A stretch of 39,448 nucleotides of DNA from Nemertoderma westbladi. Taxonomy: Eukaryota; Animalia; Xenacoelomorpha. Each line of letters opens with the position of its first letter. Positions within the stretch are counted from its first letter, which is position 1. Location: the NCBI GenBank assembly GCA_032718475.1, contig JAUCBJ010007181.1, positions 1-39,448 on the forward strand. The letters run 5' to 3'. Made by a program: the position numbers and the translations under genes. The notes beneath the pieces are model-generated. The model saw nothing but the letters and a program-made list of their open reading frames with translations, was not told the DNA's origin and did not search any database. Positions 1 through 11,453 of this stretch are shown one piece after another.

Positions 1-134
1 GCGCATGGACTGGCTTCGGCTAATGTTTTTGGTTTGTTTTGTATTAAATCTTATCATCTTACAAAAGGCAGATTATCAATAAAGACATATAAATTTCGGC
101 AGGTTAAACTGCTGAAGGTCTATAAAAGCGCGTA

Positions 135-430
135 CAGGACGCAATAAAAATGCATTCCTCTCCAGGGGAAATTGGACGCAAGTAACCGGTGATTAATCTA
201 AAAAATAAAACTGTAACCTGTTCTATTGTTGCTCCTTTCCTTAAATTGAGAATTTAACATTGAGGTGGGATATTAATTCGCCAAGATGGTACATATCCAA
301 TCTTGGGATATTAAGATCTTGTTGTATCAGCGAATTAACAAAATGTTAATAATTAATTAAAGTAAAGGAGCAGGTTACAGAGGTATGTTATTCTGGCCAA
401 AACAATAAACGAATGGCAAAGGTTACAGTT
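135..430. repeat. Dispersed repeat (TE relic); inverted copy of the 26707-26939 element
   Basis: 135-285 matches the reverse complement of ~26730-26928 (ggacgcaataaaaat..ctctccaggggaaatt.gacgcaa; aatttaacattgagg.gggatattaattcgccaag). 363-410 (aaaggagcaggttacag...ccaaaacaataaac) matches the 68-bp unit at 36300-36580. Confidence 0.75.
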
Positions 431-578
431 TCTTTTTTGCACGAGGTGTTAAATTAAATTAAATTAATTGATAACAGTTTACAATATATTTATTGAAGAT
501 AAACCTATATCAGTTTAGTAATTGCGTACGAGTATTAATAATCACAATTTAATTCCAGCGTAAATTATTGTTTTTCAG

Positions 579-1447
579 GCCGGATCTTTCTTAGACAACG
601 ATGGAGAATTGATGTACTTCCGTGGAGGATGTACGTCATCATTGATATCGGGCAGCAGTTCCAACCAACCGAGAAACGATTACTGTCGTGGTGTAGAAAT
701 CAACCAAATCAGTTACCCTTACCCAATACCAAACGACCAATGTGCCGCTAATCCACTCATGCCGTTAGTATATTTATTTAATCAACGATTGTAAAATAAC
801 AACTACAGTAAAATTTAACTTTCCATCATTAATATGTTAAATTAAATTTTATTCTATTTTCAAGTACCTATTCATTTTTCGTTTCATTCATTTTCTATTT
901 GGAAAACAAATTCAAGTGTGGGAAACTTAGAAAAATAGAGGACATTTGTTATTAAATGTTACACTTTGTTTACTGTATGTTCAATTTTCTATCTACTGTA
1001 ATTTGATGGTATAGAAAGGCCGATATTGACAGCCATTAGCGAAAGATAACTATTTTTACAACAAGCTAGACACAAACATCCCCAATCTCACTAATTATTG
1101 CAGTTCTCGCTGTAATATCTTCACCACTGCTCAAGCTGTTCAAGGACCTCAAAATGTATTCATAACTCATAAAATAATGTCCAATATATTGGCTAACTTA
1201 AACCCGATGATTTTAACAAGTAGTTTAATAATATCTATGTTGTTTCTTCAGGAACAACTTCGGAGGCCAGAATAATGTCAATCCAACAATGAAGACCTGT
1301 ATGACATATTGTTGCCAATCGAAACTGTGTAACAAACCGGATCTTCCGCTTCCTCTAGAAGAGTATAGGGACTCAGTGGCTACGGTGTTCCGATACCCTG
1401 CTGTAGGTCTGCTACTGATTACAGCAGTTGCAATCAGGCTCTTATAA
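579..1447 (+). CDS. Ly6/uPAR (three-finger, quiver/sleepless-like) GPI-anchored protein; last two exons 579-763 and 1252-1447, 5' exons outside the window
   Basis: Acceptor tttttcag|579, donor 763|gttagt (phase 2), acceptor tttcttcag|1252; phases join. Translation AGSFLDNDGELMYFRGGCTS...YCRG...QCAANPLMP-NNFGG...KTCMTYCCQSKLCNKPD...AVGLLLITAVAIRLL*. It has the CCxxxxCN LU-domain end, a hydrophobic GPI-signal-like tail, and AATAAA at 1479-1484. Confidence 0.8.
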
Positions 1448-1841
1448 AACATACATGTGACACTACAAACGATATTCAAATAAATTGAATTTTTTAGGCT
1501 GTATTTCTCTTTATAAATGGCGCAACCGGTTTAGTAGCGGTCATGAGCAACGTTTAATTCATAAATCGCACAGCCATAATGTTTGTGAAGCTTTCAATTG
1601 GCATATATGTCGAGTATTTTTATTATTATAATAATTATCGTTCCATTTATTTATTCTGTTCACTAAAAATGTACGCAGTACTGTAGGTTATTATGTATCC
1701 CACAAACAATGATAACGGTAGTACAGTAAGTTAGTTGTTTCAGTAATGTATTTTTTTATCAACTTCCGCGGAGTAAAGCCGAAGCTGGTAGAAGATATTA
1801 TTATCTATTATGAAGACCATGTAACTGATAGGGGAGCTTGA

Positions 1842-1871
1842 GGGAGGGGGGGGGGGGGGGGGGGGGGGGGG
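1842..1871 (+). repeat. Poly-G tract
   Basis: Run of about 26 G, read directly. Confidence 0.95.
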
Positions 1872-2429
1872 TCCAATTACAGTCTCCCACAGAACCAAAC
1901 CCACGAAACCAGATGACCTTTACCAATCTCCTGAGATAAATATTTAGGCAACTGCAAGATACCAAACATGTAGGCTAAATAGCCAATCACATAGTACAAG
2001 ACCAATGACCAATAAAGGTCATTAGGTCCCTCAGGACCTATTTGTACACACAGAACCAAACGCAGATTCCCATATAAATAATAAGCAACCACAAAGCTAA
2101 CAGTATGCAGATTGTAGACTATCACTCCAAGTACACGCCCCACACAGGCAGGGGGGACACAATATTATACCGAAAATACCAAACCCACATTGTTTTTTAC
2201 ATCTACTGGCGGGTGAGGCAGTTATATAACTGTTTACAGTCAAATAATAGAGGTAGGCCTACAATAATAGTGATGCGTAATTATTTATACCAATCCAACC
2301 AAAAGGGATACAGCTATTGAATTTATTAACAGCGTCTATTGTTTGTTGAAATGAACGGTGGATGGGTTACCGTCAGTGTTTCCGGGGTTACCGTCAGTGT
2401 TTCCGAATGTGAAATTTAAAATGTTTCTC

Positions 2430-2789
2430 ACGGAAGCTGAAAGCGTTGTGTTTCATTTCAAATTCAACTCGAGATGCAAGAAAAACTGTTGATCGAAATA
2501 AAAATAAAAAATGAATCCAATCAAATTATTCGATAAAAACGTTGAAAAAAGTTTTTTCACTCATTTCAGATTAGCGAAAATTCAATTATTCTGTCAGAGT
2601 TGTTGAGTTTTAAATGAGTTTGGAATTGCCAACGAGTCACTAATTTTGAAATTAATTAAAAATATTTTTTTAAACTAATTTCCTGGAAAGTTAGTGAAAA
2701 AAGTTCACTTATTTGTAAAAATAATAGCGAGAAAAGGCAGATTTTTCAAATGAAACTAATGAAATGTTTTGGACGCTTTCAGCCTCCGT
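2430..2789. mobile_element. Unclassified MITE with ~17-bp TIRs
   Basis: acggaagctgaaagcgt (2430) and acgctttcagcctccgt (ends 2789) are inverted with one mismatch; AT-rich non-coding interior. Confidence 0.6.
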
Positions 2790-3350
2790 AGCTTTTAGTT
2801 AAATATATGCGTATGTGTTATCTACCTATTAATTGTACATATTACATGTAAGTTCTGTCTTGTCGGTAATTTTATTTAAATATTAGCGTGTAGGCCTACA
2901 TACGTACAGTACACGTATGTTTTATGTTTCATTAATATATCAACTCACAAAAACATTATTAATCTCTCTTCCCAAATAATGCAAGTTTACTCATTAATTA
3001 GAAATGTGGTTGTCATAGTAAAAAGGCCTAGGTAATTTTTTGTTGCTCCACGCAGTATGCCAAACTCATTGAATCAATCACGATTCTGTACAGTAACTAC
3101 GTATTGATTTTGATATATTATTTGTAAACTGAAATATTTACATATATCCCGCCTACAACTCTTCGGAGTGCACTATGTGGGGCTACAGTAGTGATTGATT
3201 GGCCTTTTGAAAAATTCAGTGACTGTAACCCTTTTTGTCTAAAAAATGAAATAAGTGCAACGTTTTTTAGCCTTTGCGATGGTGTATGTATTTTTAAATT
3301 ATTAAATTGGGGAAGTGTAATTCACATTAGTAAATTGAAATTACAATGCT

Positions 3351-3807
3351 TATATCGTGACCAAAGAGCCAGAACAACACTCACCAAAAAATCTGGTTTC
3401 GAGAAAAATGCAAAAAACCTTCCCATTTCCCTCTATATGGATCCCGTCTCCTGATTTTTTCAAAAGAGGTCTGGGAAGATACAATGATACATTTTATAAT
3501 ATTGGCTAGCATTCAAAATTAATTTTGTTAATGAAAAAAACTGTTTTTTTCGTTATTTTCCAAAGAGGCAAAACAACACATACTGAAATTTAACATTAAC
3601 TCTAGTCTATGTGTTTTGTTTTACCTCTAACGGTTTTCTACTTTTATGTTGTGAGGGTTCTTCTGGTTTTCCATATCTCCTAAACGGACTGACATACAAG
3701 TCTAGGATTTTAACATAAGATGTAGAACGCCATCTTGAGTATTTTTTGTAAAAAAATTTTTTTTTTAATTGTGGTATGTGTTGTTCTGGCTCTATGGTCA
3801 CGATATA
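3351..3807. mobile_element. MITE with 30-bp TIRs in a TA/TATA context
   Basis: tatatcgtgaccaaagagccagaacaacac (3351-3380) versus gtgttgttctggctctatggtcacgatata (3778-3807), one mismatch; a degenerate internal copy lies near 3560. Confidence 0.85.
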
Positions 3808-4204
3808 TTATTTGATATAATATTTTGTCAATGTATTTTTCCCGAGTATTCGCGATAAAACTCACCATTATTGAGGATTTTAGGGAAAGTATAATATTTT
3901 GTTATCAATATTGCATGGTGATGGAGTAGCAATAATTCTGTAGATTTAATTAAAATTTAGAAAAGTTAAACTCATATGGTATTTTCTCACAATTATTATT
4001 TCTTATTGTTAAATTATGCAGTAAGTCATATACGAATGATTTCCATTATAAACCTGTGTCGTTACTGTTGTAAAAATGACATGGAGTAACTGATAAATTA
4101 TGTCGTTTAGAACCAAATAATTAATTATTATTTATATAATTAGTTTCTACTTTAGCAAATTTTATGCGAAATTAAAATTTAATAATATGAAAGCCATTGT
4201 TATT

Positions 4205-4905
4205 CATTTGTGGGGCGAGCCACGCAGTCAGGGCGAGCCTTAGCGCACAATTATACTTAGTAAATAGGGCAAAATTTCATGTCTGTCAGTTCGTCTGTTT
4301 GTCAGTCCGTCTGTAATGAAAAATTCATTCGTAAATAACTTTTTGAAGATTTTAACCATTTTCAACCAAATTTTGTATGGGCGTACTAGAGAAAAAGTTC
4401 CAATATTTTTTAAAGTTACGGGCAAATAAAATACCTCTCGAACTTTTGACTCCAGATCAAATGGACTTTTTGCCAAAGTTCCCGTGCTGCGCGACGCCCC
4501 ACGAACGTGTTATATTACTCTTATTGCGGAGGATTGAAGTTTCAGCTCTATACACAAAAAATTAGTTGCGGTAGCGGAAACGGGAAACATTAAAATTACA
4601 TAAACCTTACTGTGTGACTGTTGGTTTTTATTTTTTAATTTAACCTTTTAAAATTTAATCCAAACCTTATGCTCCGAGTCCAACCTTTGCAAAATGGTGG
4701 GGTAGGCCTAGTTAGCCAAAACGTTATCATTTGTAATAAAATAATACTAGAAAGCAAGCAAGCTGGCTTGAAGGAGCCCGGGGGAAGAATCATAGCCAAG
4801 ACTATTACAAATAAACCTTGTCAGTCAGCAGTAAGTAAACTAAGCAATTGTCTAAACTGTAAGGCGTGAGGTTAGCTGACTTTGTGGCTCGCCCCACATA
4901 ATAAA
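4205..4905. mobile_element. Non-autonomous repeat, DINE-1/HINE (Helentron)-like or MITE
   Basis: tgtggggcgagccac..agtcag at ~4209 has an inverted copy at ~4877-4899 and a subterminal inverted copy ctgcgcgacgcccca at ~4487-4501. A (GTCY)n-like tract lies at 4281-4313. The same end motif recurs at ~30105-30120. Confidence 0.5.
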
Positions 4906-5559
4906 TAATGACACTTACAAAAAAACCACTAACAAAAATATGATATGAAGCAAATAATTTTATTATCAAGCACGTTTACAAGATATAAGATACGATTACC
5001 GAATATATATAAAATAAATGCCCATGATGCACAACCAGATAAATAACAACGAATAGAGCCAAATAACAAATTTAGTTTCCTTCTATAGGTATTACCCCGT
5101 CGTCAAGCGGAATATCTCTTCCCAGTGAATCCTATATGAATATATAATAGGTACTCCTGCTAAGTTAGGCGGTAGGCCAGCGGGCTCCTTAAATACATAC
5201 AACTATTATAGGTCAACTATAAAACATTTTGCAATCCACAGTGAGTAACAACGACAATAGGACACAACACACTGCTTTGTGTAACTAAAATTCATTCTCC
5301 TGATCCACCCCCTAACATAGCAGAGTGAGTAACCTTATTGTAGATATACCCTTAGGAAGCACTGGGAGAGCAATCAGCTTATGGGGTAATAATACATTAG
5401 AAACCAACAGCTTATGTGTGAGTAAACATTGCCTTTCCTTATAGCCTACTAGTAAAACTTGGCCACCAACACGTTTTACTATGACTGTGTATAATTCTGA
5501 CATTATTAAGCCATATTTCATCATGAACACCAGCTGTTATTTTACCATTGCTTTTAATT

Positions 5560-5790
5560 TCGCGACAAAATAATGTCAAAAAACGAAATATATCGAATAC
5601 CACACATAGAATCGATCTGATATTTTGTAACGCGATTATGAACCACCAAAGCAATGTACTTGCAAAATTTCATCAAAATCGCCAGGCAGGAAGTGCCTGA
5701 ACCTGGATAATTATCAGTCAGTCAGTGTTATACAGTATAACCTGAGATTTTTACAGTAAGTATCCCGCTGTCGAGCGGGCTCCTAATTAA
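5560..5790. mobile_element. Helitron/HINE-like fragment
   Basis: tgcaaaatttcatcaaaatcg core, (CAGT)n tract and terminal GC hairpin cccgctgtcgagcggg at ~5764-5779. Confidence 0.35.
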
Positions 5791-6072
5791 CTCCCAAGAT
5801 AAGATAATTAATATTCATGATAATATATTTTTATAAGCAATAAACAAAATCATGTTAGTTGACAAGAATGCCGCCACCATCCCAAAGATAAACGAAGAAC
5901 TCTCGAGTCCAATTTTATGCCATCAATGGTTAGCTAATGTTTATATCACAATCCAATAGATTCCATTTCTGTCATATTCGATTAACTTGTAGCCCCAGGA
6001 GACATTTAGGTAGGCTATGTGTGGTAATGAGTTCTACAACAATATACTCAAATCAAAATCCATGAGAACAGA

Positions 6073-7149
6073 TTATAAGTTGGTGGAGATATTATAAAGG
6101 TCTACAGCTGCCTTTTCCAATCGCTCTCGGTACTCCAACTGGTTGTAGTTGCATTGGGGAACGCCGGTGAACCCATTGCGAGCGCCGTAACACGCCGCGG
6201 CGATAACGCCGGTGGAATCGCTGTCACCTGCGTGGAACATAGAACGCGAACACAGATCGGCCCAGGTCCCGTCGTAACTAAGCAACGCATCGTACGCTAT
6301 CATCGGCGCGTCGTGACCAGAACGACCCGCCCATCCGTCCATACTCAACGACTTGTAGTAGAGGTCTCGCGTAGCTACGTCATCGTGGTTGTCAGGGAAA
6401 CACGGCCCTGATTGGTCGTCGGAGAGAATTCCTCGTTCTTGGAGGTAAAGTTTCCATTTATTCTGGAAGTAAGGCCATTCGGCGATGTTTGATTCAACCT
6501 CTAACCCAGTGGAAGTGACGTAATCCAATGCTTTAGGAATGACGTCATTAACAAGACATCGTCCCCATTCGACCAACGGTTTACCTTGTATAGCGTATGA
6601 AACAAATAGCGCGCTCGCTACCGAACCCAGATAGCCAATAGGATGATGGTGAGTCATTCTACCAGCTTCTACGCTGTATTCTATAAGAAGGTCGATATCA
6701 GACGTTCTAGAATAGCGGAGACCTATGGGCATAGAGCGCATCGCAGCCCCACATCCGGTTCCGGTAGGGGTAAATCCGATGTTCCAACCGGAAGGCTCGT
6801 CCGGCCGCAGTTGATCGGTTCCGGCTATGGAAGAAGGACCGGGTTTCCGGCCCACCATATCCGACATACATAGTTTATATTGGCGAGCGATTCGCGGTAG
6901 GATAGAATCCCTCGTCGCCCCGCCGAGAATAAGTCCGTCCGCGGTCGCCAGACTCATGACAGTGTCGTCACTAACCCGCCAATCAGGGAGCGCCACGTGT
7001 ATGCTAGCCACGCCCCCTAACCCGTTTAACTCGCTGTGTATTGTGGGACCCGATGTGCAGTACTCCCACCGCTCGTTCCGGTAGCCCAACGCGTCTCCGA
7101 CCCCGAGTAACACCATGGATGCTTTATAGCGGGTTAATAGATCCGCCAT
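6073..7149 (-). CDS. ADPRH: ADP-ribosylarginine hydrolase (ARH1-type), intronless CDS
   Basis: 358 aa with GDALG, SDDT (Mg-binding Asp pair), GCGAAMR, THHHPIGYLG, GHDAPMIAYDA and GDSDSTG motifs. The catalytic acidic residues are intact, favouring ARH1 over ARH2. Confidence 0.9.
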   Translation of the reverse strand: MADLLTRYKASMVLLGVGDALGYRNERWEYCTSGPTIHSELNGLGGVASIHVALPDWRVSDDTVMSLATADGLILGGATRDSILPRIARQYKLCMSDMVGRKPGPSSIAGTDQLRPDEPSGWNIGFTPTGTGCGAAMRSMPIGLRYSRTSDIDLLIEYSVEAGRMTHHHPIGYLGSVASALFVSYAIQGKPLVEWGRCLVNDVIPKALDYVTSTGLEVESNIAEWPYFQNKWKLYLQERGILSDDQSGPCFPDNHDDVATRDLYYKSLSMDGWAGRSGHDAPMIAYDALLSYDGTWADLCSRSMFHAGDSDSTGVIAAACYGARNGFTGVPQCNYNQLEYRERLEKAAVDLYNISTNL

Positions 7150-7191
7150 TATATTTATTTACTTCCTTTAATTTTAATTATAAATAACACA

Positions 7192-7873
7192 CTAAGAGAA
7201 GAAATACAATATAAACAGAAGCAGACCAAGGGCGCTAAGGATTAAGGCAACATTGAGGTGTCTTTATATCAGATAGATTGGCAGAGGAAATAGGAAGTTT
7301 TAATTTTTGTGGATTTCTGAAAAAGGGGATAGGTCGGTTTTTAGACAAATTAAAATGGCGCGAAACAATTTCAAGTGATCACAAACGTGAGTTTTTCACA
7401 ATATTTTTATATTCATTGGCTTTAATAATAAAAATAATACATCTATTTAAAGTGACCCTTTCTCTGCTAAGGTGCACCTAATTTATTTTACAGAATAAAT
7501 TATTTGAAGGCACTATCGAATTAACATGACGAGATGTTTTTAAATGTCGCTTGAATGAGTCCAAACTTGAGCAAGTCTTTAAAATGTGGGGGAGCTGTTA
7601 TATATCAGGGGCAGTGGGGGATGGGCGACGTATTTAAAATTAACCAGAACCTATTGACTTTATTGACTAATTAATAGTAGCAGATTAATTACTGAACTGA
7701 ACCTTTAATTGCACATAAACACAATAGAGGGAGTCATTGATCCCGAACTGTAATAGATCAATAATCTAGAAGTATTAGTAATAAATCTATGTCACTAAAA
7801 ATAATCGAATAACCGTATAAAAATAAACATATCCCATTAATTGAATAACTTCACTTTGTTTACTGTACCTTAC
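7192..7873 (-). other. Probable 5'-UTR intron of ADPRH
   Basis: Strong minus-strand acceptor tgtttatattgtatttcttctcttAG 42 nt upstream of the ATG; candidate donor cg|GTAAGG at 7873. Confidence 0.45.
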
Positions 7874-8075
7874 CGACAACTACAGTCTGTATACTATATG
7901 CTATCTCAATCTTCAAACAAACAATTTTCGATTCGGAACATTTTGGTACTGGTGCGGAAAAAATATTATCGGACAAAAAGTTTCCCGATTCTGGTAACCG
8001 GAGGGTCATAGACACGTAAATGGTAGCTGGTAACAATAAAATATCGGCTCTCCAACGGCAAGGTAACAAATATTA

Positions 8076-9983
8076 TTACTTTTTATTACTATTAGAATGC
8101 TTTATGATCCGCGGTAGTTTACTGATAGCGGATTTAAATATCGGATAAATCTCGGCCCACAGATCGGAGTCGCGATCAACCGGAAGAGTTTCCAGCTTCG
8201 GCCTCCCTAATCCCTTAATCCGTTGCTGCAAGTCTGAACATTCCTTCCCGGTAGCCACGGTAACCGCGGTCCCGCACAGACCCTGTCGAGCCGTGCGACC
8301 CACTCTGTGTACGTAGACCTTGGCGGAGCCGGGCGGGTCGTAGGATACGACGCAATCCACCCCCGGGAGGTCCATCCCGCGCGCCAGTGAGTCCGTGCAG
8401 ACCACCGCGTCCAGCCGACCCTGTCTGAGTCGGCGCAGGGCCATCTCGCGGTCCGAGCGGCGCTCCACAGCGCTGGACAGCTGAGCGCAACGGACGCCGC
8501 TCAAACGCAGGAAGTGAAACAGTTTATTAGTTTGAGTCACCGAGTTGGTGAAACAAAGTACTTTATTAGCCTTTAATGTTCGAAGCAAATAAAGTAGAGT
8601 CGCGGGTTTTTCTGAAGCCGCGGATAAAACGAGTTTCTCTGACAACGTAGACGGAATGGCGAACTTTTCCTCGACGGAGGTCCGGCGGTTGAGACGCCCC
8701 TTAGCGGCGTATAGAACCGGTCGGAAGAGATTCAAATCCGAAAGTTTCTCCGGGTCCGAACACATTGTGGCGCTGAACAGCAGCTTCTGGAAGGGAATGA
8801 AGCATCTAGTCGCGAGTTCGACCCCAATTCGGGGAGATAGCTCGGGGCGGTTCGCCAAGGCTCGAGTCTCCAGTTGGGTCAGCCAATCCTGGAGGCCTTC
8901 GCCTATCAGACGGTCCCCTTCGTCTATAACCAGGAATCTAATATGAGTTACATCCATCCCCGCTAGGAGGTGTTCCACGAGTCTACCCGGGGTCGCCGTA
9001 ACCACGTCAACTCCTTTCAACTCCTCCCGCTCTTCCGGGAGGCTAGAGGCGCCGGTTAGCAACGCGGATCGCAGCCCCGGCGGTTGATAGAGTCGCACGA
9101 CGCGCGCCACTTGGGCCGCGAGATCCCGCGTCGGCAACACGATGAGGGCCCGGAGCCGCGGGACTAAACGACCGCGGAGGATCGATAGGATCGGGAGGCA
9201 GTACGCGAGAGTCTTCCCGCTCCCGGTGGGGGAAGAGACGCAGATGTCTGTGGGACGGAGACCCCCCATCGCGCCCACCAGCCCCAGTCGATGGCCTTCT
9301 AGGATACGCGATATGACGCCGAACTGCACGGGAAATAGCACCGATATTCCGTTGCGTGTCAACCGAAGTTTAGTTTCCTCATCGAGGAAGTCAACTTTAT
9401 CGAGAGGAACTGAATCTTCATTCAAATCTGTGCCAATTAATTTAGGGGAATTGATCCATTCGGGGCCTTTGTAAACATTAATAATATTCCTGTTTAATGT
9501 AGACCGGCTAGTCTTATTTAAATTACTAAAAAGTAAACTTGTTTTGTCAATCGTAGATTCAGTTGTTTTTGTATCATATTTAGTTATTTTTGTATCCGAT
9601 TTAGTTATTTTTGTATCCGATTTAGTTATTTTTGTATCCGATTTAGTTATTTTTGTATCCGATTTAGTTATTTTTGTATCCGATTTAGTTATTTTTGTAT
9701 CCGATTTAGTTATTTTTGTATCAGATTTAGTTATTTTTGTATCCGATTCCGATTCTATTACTTCTGCAACGTTCACCTCACGATTATCTCCATGGATTTG
9801 GGTGCCGTTTGTAAGACAAAAATCTTTCGAATGTTTACGTTTCTTTCTCACTGAAGATTTGTTTTTAATTTTCCTTTTAATTTCTTCGAGTCTTCCTTTT
9901 GTATCGACATCGTCGGGCTCTATGAAATCATCATCTTCACTTATATATCGCGTTATTCCAAACAATGGGTTTGACATGACCAC
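8076..9983 (-). CDS. DDX51: DEAD-box RNA helicase DDX51/Dbp6, intronless
   Basis: LFPVQ Q-motif, DICVSSPTGSGKT, PTRDLA, TPGRL, DEGD (motif II variant), QKLLFSAT, ARGMD, YVHRVGRTAR. DICVS.PTGSGKTLAY and QKLLFSAT are typical of DDX51. First ATG is near 9977-9978 (MSNPLF); the track start is non-ATG. Confidence 0.85.
   Translation of the reverse strand: MVMSNPLFGITRYISEDDDFIEPDDVDTKGRLEEIKRKIKNKSSVRKKRKHSKDFCLTNGTQIHGDNREVNVAEVIESESDTKITKSDTKITKSDTKITKSDTKITKSDTKITKSDTKITKSDTKITKSDTKITKYDTKTTESTIDKTSLLFSNLNKTSRSTLNRNIINVYKGPEWINSPKLIGTDLNEDSVPLDKVDFLDEETKLRLTRNGISVLFPVQFGVISRILEGHRLGLVGAMGGLRPTDICVSSPTGSGKTLAYCLPILSILRGRLVPRLRALIVLPTRDLAAQVARVVRLYQPPGLRSALLTGASSLPEEREELKGVDVVTATPGRLVEHLLAGMDVTHIRFLVIDEGDRLIGEGLQDWLTQLETRALANRPELSPRIGVELATRCFIPFQKLLFSATMCSDPEKLSDLNLFRPVLYAAKGRLNRRTSVEEKFAIPSTLSEKLVLSAASEKPATLLYLLRTLKANKVLCFTNSVTQTNKLFHFLRLSGVRCAQLSSAVERRSDREMALRRLRQGRLDAVVCTDSLARGMDLPGVDCVVSYDPPGSAKVYVHRVGRTARQGLCGTAVTVATGKECSDLQQRIKGLGRPKLETLPVDRDSDLWAEIYPIFKSAISKLPRIIKHSNSNKK
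9577..9748 (-). repeat. Coding 21-bp minisatellite (~8 copies) encoding (TKITKSD)n in the DDX51 N-terminus
   Basis: Tandem atttagttatttttgtatccg units, nearly identical. Confidence 0.95.
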
Positions 9984-10184
9984 AATGGCAGCTGTTCTAT
10001 GGCTTTCGCACCTCCCTACACCCTATGCCTGTATGCAGCCAGTCTACAGCGTATGGCCTTGGCCTACAACTGCAGTACGGTACTGATCTAACTTTGTCAG
10101 TTTGAGAGATTTTCACTCAGGATTCAGAACGACTGATGATATACATATACATTATACACCAACAACACTGCAACAGGTCACAAG

Positions 10185-10224
10185 CAAGGCCTACTAGACT
10201 ATAAGTCTCTTCTAGTAGGCCTTG
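10185..10224. mobile_element. 40-bp minimal P-element-like MITE / hairpin
   Basis: CAAGGCCTACTAGA-12 nt-TCTAGTAGGCCTTG with perfect 14-bp arms; flanks gtcacaag / gtcacatc (6/8 TSD-like). Confidence 0.55.
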
Positions 10225-11453
10225 GTCACATCACAAGCGGGTTCATGGAGTACAGCTAATTTAATTGCTGAATGATTCCCGCCCCGCGGGAAATTTGAAT
10301 TTTACTTGTTTCTAATTCGGCTCTAGGCAATTGACATACCGTGATTATGATTGCGATTTAATGTGTATTTAAATTGATCGAAAATTGCTACGTGATCTGT
10401 AGCCGATCACAGCCAAAGCCGATTTTCAAAATTGACTTCCCGCGCTTACTTAAACCCACCATTTCGACGTGTTTTACAAAAAAAACACACCCCGTCACTC
10501 GATGCAGGGCACATTGTTACCCCTTATACAATTGTTTCTAGCCCAAAAATTTTAAGCGTACGCGCACCTACCCTATTTATTATAAGTGGAAAAACTGAAA
10601 TGTATAGATTCTACCGGAACGTGTTACAATGTTACAATTTTGAATAATTATTCCAAAATTGTAACATTACTCAACGCCGATAGTATTAACAGCGAGTTGT
10701 TATTTAGACTTTAGAGGACTTTTGATTTGATTTGATTTGATTTTTTTACGTCAACAACAAATTATATGCACTAAACAGATAAAATCGCAATGTAAAGCGA
10801 AACAACGATGAGAAACAACAATGAATTTTATATAACTATGCATAGTAGTGTACTATATGGCACGGTAACATGAGAGATGTTGCACAATTGCATTAGTTTT
10901 AAAACAAATGGGTCTCAACATCACAAGCGTAGGTAAAATATAATTAATGTTAATGTGCAGTATAAACAAGAAGGATATCGTATGTAGTGAATATAAATAT
11001 AGATATGTAAGTAAATATGAGTGTAAATATAATTAATGTAACGTACTGTAAAAACAAGAAGGATAGCGTATGTAGTGACGTGTGGATGGCCTCATGAGGT
11101 TTCACCTCGTTTCCATGAGGGTCCAGAATAAAACTCAAGTAAAATAAATATCTGTGAATATAATTAGCGGTAAGTATATAAAAGAGTAAAAAGCAGATAT
11201 AATTGAATTAAAGGTAGATACTGACTGTGGTTTATCTAAGAGTAAAAAAAACAGATAAAATTGAAATAAAAGGTAGACACTGTACAGTACATTCTGTAGA
11301 TGGGTTGGAACCATAGATAACGTAAGTATTGTGTGAACGAAGGTCTAAGCCTGAGATAATAACAAGAGTAGTATATATTATAAATCTAAAATACGTTAAA
11401 AATTAAATAAATAGAGATATTATTGTATCGGTCGGTCTAAAATTCGTTAAAAA

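Noticed and set aside
9544-10086. Hydrophobic (VIFVSDL)n ORF
   Set aside because: Antisense reading of the DDX51 minisatellite.
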